NCBI GenBank assembly: GCA_002633005.1
Contig: NMRA01000571.1
Span: 1-64,000 of the forward strand
Length of the DNA: 64,000 nucleotides
DNA from: Phoronis australis
Lineage: Eukaryota > Animalia > Phoronida
Direction of reading: 5' to 3'
The position numbers were made by a program, and so were the translations under genes. This document shows positions 61,701 through 64,000 of the stretch, one piece after another. Every line of letters begins with the position of its first letter. Positions within the stretch are counted from its first letter, which is position 1. The notes beneath the pieces are model-generated. The model did not search any database and had not been told where the DNA came from. It worked only from the letters and a program-made list of their open reading frames with translations.

Positions 61701-63777
61701 GAAGCGCAGTGAGTGATCCCACATCATATTACACCATCAGCTGAACCCACCATGGAATTAGCTGGTGAAAGTCTTCACGATGAGGGTGCAACGCAGCTTA
61801 GTCAAAATGTAAATCAGTATTAGGCCTTTGTTTCTATATTATCAACTGGATGTCTAATATTCACCAATTTATTCACCAATTCAGCTTAATTCAAACTTAT
61901 ACTATTTATCACATATAGTAGAGAAAGGTTACAGTGAACATCAAATAAAATACTGTTTACAGTAAGAGAGACACTTTATATATAATTGATTGAGTCAGCC
62001 TACTTTCAAAAATTCTACTTTGCTTAAAATCAATTTAAAAAATGATTTTTAATATGGGAAGCTAATTTTCACATGGTCACCCAGTGAATCAAGTGGAGTT
62101 TATCCACAACTCCTGAGGCTAGATGAGGCGCTGTGAACTTGCAGTGGGTACTTTTGACTTGACATATATTGTTGTGAGCAATTTTCACATGGTCTACTAC
62201 CTATAATTGGCTACAATACAATTATAGCAGTCACCACTGCATGTTAAACAACCATTTAACCAAAACGAGTCATCCACAACATCAGACATACAGGGAGGGA
62301 CAAAAAAATGTTACCCGTTCTGACTTCATATATACTTAAATTTTCTGCTTTTTTAAAATGTATCACAGAAGCATGAAAGTTTTGATTGATAACGACAATC
62401 TCTCATCTTGTCACAATTTGGGATCCATTTACTAATTATTGACACTAATCTGTATCACTAAATGATTACTCCGTGACAACACTGCACAGAAACTATAGAC
62501 ACCAAGAGAATAAACTACACGCTCAAGATTTAGCCTGGGCCAAGAATCTCATTTTCTGCCCAATAACGTAAAAATGTACCTCATAAGCAAAAAAGCTCCT
62601 ATCCAAAGAACTGAGTAACAATTTTTGACCCACCCTGTATCATGAAATTACCATACCTGGTTGTTTTCATCACAGGCAGTCAGGTATCCAAAGTAGTCGT
62701 TGCTGGTACATGCAGGACGATCAGTGCATTCGGACGCTCCCTGGCCTAATAACAGTTGAAACAATTAATGACAAAATAGGCATCTTTTAACCTGGTGCAT
62801 GCCATAGACCAAATTCCTTGTTACTGACGTATAAGTCAAATAACAAATGATGGTGCTGGAAATTAAATGCTTATCACGTCAATAACCGTCCTTCAAAAAT
62901 CACGCGTAACAAAATGCAATTTCATGATGAACAACAAATATCAGATGGGATGAGTGCTTTTTGTCTCACGGGATGTTTTTTGTCACAAGGGACGTGTTTT
63001 TGTCACCTGGGACGTGCATTTTTGAAAGCTATCTACAGTTAATTAAAACAATTATTTTGGGAAATTTTACATTGAAATGAGATCACAATTACAAATTCTA
63101 TCGAGTGCACGCGCTTTTCAAAGAACTGGCTAAAATTTTTTTTGAGACTTGAAAAATGCTTTAACGGTAAAAATTCATATTTATCCATACACCATTCCAC
63201 AAATATTAACATGTTATTTGCAAACTAAAAAGACAGTGGAATAATACACATTTAGGTTTGTCATATCAAATTTAATAACTGGGTGTTCGCAACATGGCGA
63301 CAAGTTGACTCAATGCACTTAAAGTCTTCTATTATTGTGACCTTTGCACTCAAAATTCCAACATTTTTATGAGAATTAATAAATCACTATAATCTAAATA
63401 TTAATTTTCATCATAGTTAGAACACAAGTGGTGAAAATCAAAAGCAAGTGTACAGTGAACATTATACACCAGTGGTGCATAAGTGCTTTAAATAATAGAA
63501 GACAAACCCTAAAAATGGCATGAAAAGCACTGTCAGTAAATTATAGATAAACTGAATTCAAAGAGATGTTCAGTTCTAGAGAAAAAAACAAAGTTACCCT
63601 CTTGCTTCTATGCCCGCTCGCGCTTACCGGAGTACTGTGTCTTTACGTCACAGGGTTTGCACTTGCCGGCTCCCCCAGGTGAATACGTGTTTTTGGGACA
63701 GTCCTGGCAGTCAGCTGAGCCCTCGCTACTGTATGTGCCTGGCAGACATTTGGTGCACTCGGATGTGAAGGCAACAC
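43716..63777 (-). CDS. ELAPOR: ELAPOR1/2 (KIAA1324-like, UPF0577) type-I membrane protein; multi-exon, 5' part lies beyond the window
   Basis: GT-AG exons join in frame and follow the vertebrate ELAPOR sequence: GVAFTSEC, KLPASG, YKWWNT, ARITFVFE, FSWAFQK, DGTCDGC (MRH domain), TM, WKKNRKLEYKY. Confidence 0.95.
44873..44908 (-). CDS. ELAPOR: Putative 36-nt cassette exon (SSPPYKQKDYFD)
   Basis: Strong pyrimidine tract with ttag acceptor, gtgagt donor, phase 0-0. Confidence 0.65.
45662..45839 (-). CDS. ELAPOR: ELAPOR cytoplasmic exon (LEYKYMKLV...LLGKIKSMTGSK)
   Basis: 178 nt, phase 2-0. Confidence 0.92.
46180..46359 (-). CDS. ELAPOR: ELAPOR transmembrane exon
   Basis: 180 nt, IIIGLIVGGVVLLGAVCLISLCYCWKKNR. 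Confidence 0.93.
47362..47604 (-). CDS. ELAPOR: ELAPOR exon (CPNGRST...DGTCDGCTFHILW...ACPSC)
   Basis: 243 nt, phase 2-2. Confidence 0.93.
48024..48262. repeat. Intronic ~105-bp tandem repeat (about 2.3 copies)
   Basis: cactgcc..accaatca.agttgtgtgcgaagatgtc...caacccttaaccctt...ccaaactccgcccacat recurs. Confidence 0.8.
48411..48530 (-). CDS. ELAPOR: ELAPOR exon (LGDTLTQI...IHFVYNS)
   Basis: 120 nt, phase 2-2. Confidence 0.9.
49467..49567 (-). CDS. ELAPOR: ELAPOR exon (VEAMVCRSTVIPP...SAQPV)
   Basis: 101 nt, phase 0-2. Confidence 0.9.
50360..50498 (-). CDS. ELAPOR: ELAPOR exon variant b, putative mutually exclusive paralog (SHAVLSRMIFDES...QYAHVINLMVC...CVHNLTKM)
   Basis: 139 nt, phase 2-0, ctag acceptor, atg|gtaaga donor, open frame, homologous to variant a. 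Confidence 0.75.
52258..52281 (-). CDS. ELAPOR: Putative 24-nt ELAPOR micro-exon (GVIDGESE)
   Basis: ctaac branch point, pyrimidine tract, aacag acceptor, gag|gtagtt donor, phase 0-0. Confidence 0.6.
53216..53354 (-). CDS. ELAPOR: ELAPOR exon variant a (VHDVSGGFLFTSSGTQYLHNFQLLLC...CQNNITLQQME)
   Basis: 139 nt, phase 2-0; matches the vertebrate GGPSFTSKGLKYFHHF segment. Confidence 0.9.
53929..54218. mobile_element. Intronic MITE (PIF/Harbinger-like ends)
   Basis: ggcctcgtttcacgaaaagtgatataagactt / aagtcttacatcatttttcatgaaatgggtgc; related end at ~7830-7865. Confidence 0.6.
54649..54867 (-). CDS. ELAPOR: ELAPOR exon (CVPCPDGQYI...FNFTSLS)
   Basis: 219 nt, phase 2-2. Confidence 0.92.
55292..55492 (-). 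CDS. ELAPOR: ELAPOR exon (FSWAFQK...DVARIYSINITN)
   Basis: 201 nt, phase 2-2. Confidence 0.92.
55972..56039 (-). CDS. ELAPOR: ELAPOR exon (ESRSMGASVIKAWQGKRSKQQY)
   Basis: 68 nt, phase 0-2. Confidence 0.88.
59391..59626 (-). CDS. ELAPOR: ELAPOR exon (GWQPANDHI...ARITFVFE...YFMQ)
   Basis: 236 nt, phase 1-0. Confidence 0.92.
60333..60446 (-). CDS. ELAPOR: ELAPOR exon (CQPCP...YKWWNTMPPNM)
   Basis: 114 nt, phase 1-1. Confidence 0.92.
61092..61260 (-). CDS. ELAPOR: ELAPOR exon (TQKMYKW...KLPASG...CPPCNPG)
   Basis: 169 nt, phase 0-1. Confidence 0.92.
61631..61785. other. Intronic long imperfect foldback (old MITE or structured RNA)
   Basis: Nested inverted segments cctcatcgcgaggactt/aagtcttcacgatgagg, ctaatt/aattag, gctgacggtgtgat/attacaccatcagc. 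Confidence 0.6.
62657..62745 (-). CDS. ELAPOR: ELAPOR exon (GASECTDRPACTSNDYF...ACDENNQ)
   Basis: 89 nt, phase 1-0. Confidence 0.9.
63628..63777 (-). CDS. ELAPOR: ELAPOR exon (GVAFTSECTKCLPG...TQYS)
   Basis: 150 nt, phase 1-1, cag/gtaagc. Confidence 0.92.
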
Positions 63778-64000
63778 CTGTAAACACAGAAGGTGGTAGT
63801 TCATTTTCATCAACTTTGTGAAAGCATTTGACAAGATTACGGTTGAATTGCACTATAGTGATAGCCACATTGCTATGGACGACCACACAGGTATCGATGT
63901 TTAAAATGACTATAGGCCATTCATTTACTTGAATAAGTTGAGTTCGACTTTAAGCAACAACAATTTCTCAGTTCTTTCCATTATGCTCAGAAATCACTTT

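Overview
AT-rich, transposon-littered eukaryotic DNA from a draft assembly with N gaps, most likely a marine invertebrate. Right third (43.7-64 kb, minus strand): the 3' part of a multi-exon ELAPOR1/2 (KIAA1324/UPF0577-like) gene, which I could splice exon by exon in frame to the stop at 43716. It carries a previously hidden second, divergent copy of one 139-nt exon (probable mutually exclusive splicing) plus 24-nt and 36-nt frame-preserving micro-exons. Left half: an old tandem segmental duplication (A ~5.5-16.2 kb, B ~21.2-34.5 kb). Each copy holds a single-exon ORF for a secreted, repetitive neuropeptide-like precursor (signal peptide, acidic FEDLxDA spacers, x-N-x-x-[VI]-G-K-R amidation sites) that I cannot assign to a known family. 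Both ORFs are independently frameshifted in their 3' halves. The copies carry different mobile elements (Penelope with a hammerhead-like motif, hAT transposase relic, young L2/CR1-group LINE, Gypsy-like gag, MITEs, including 5-bp-TSD hAT5-like ones). All calls come from manual reading; no database search was run.
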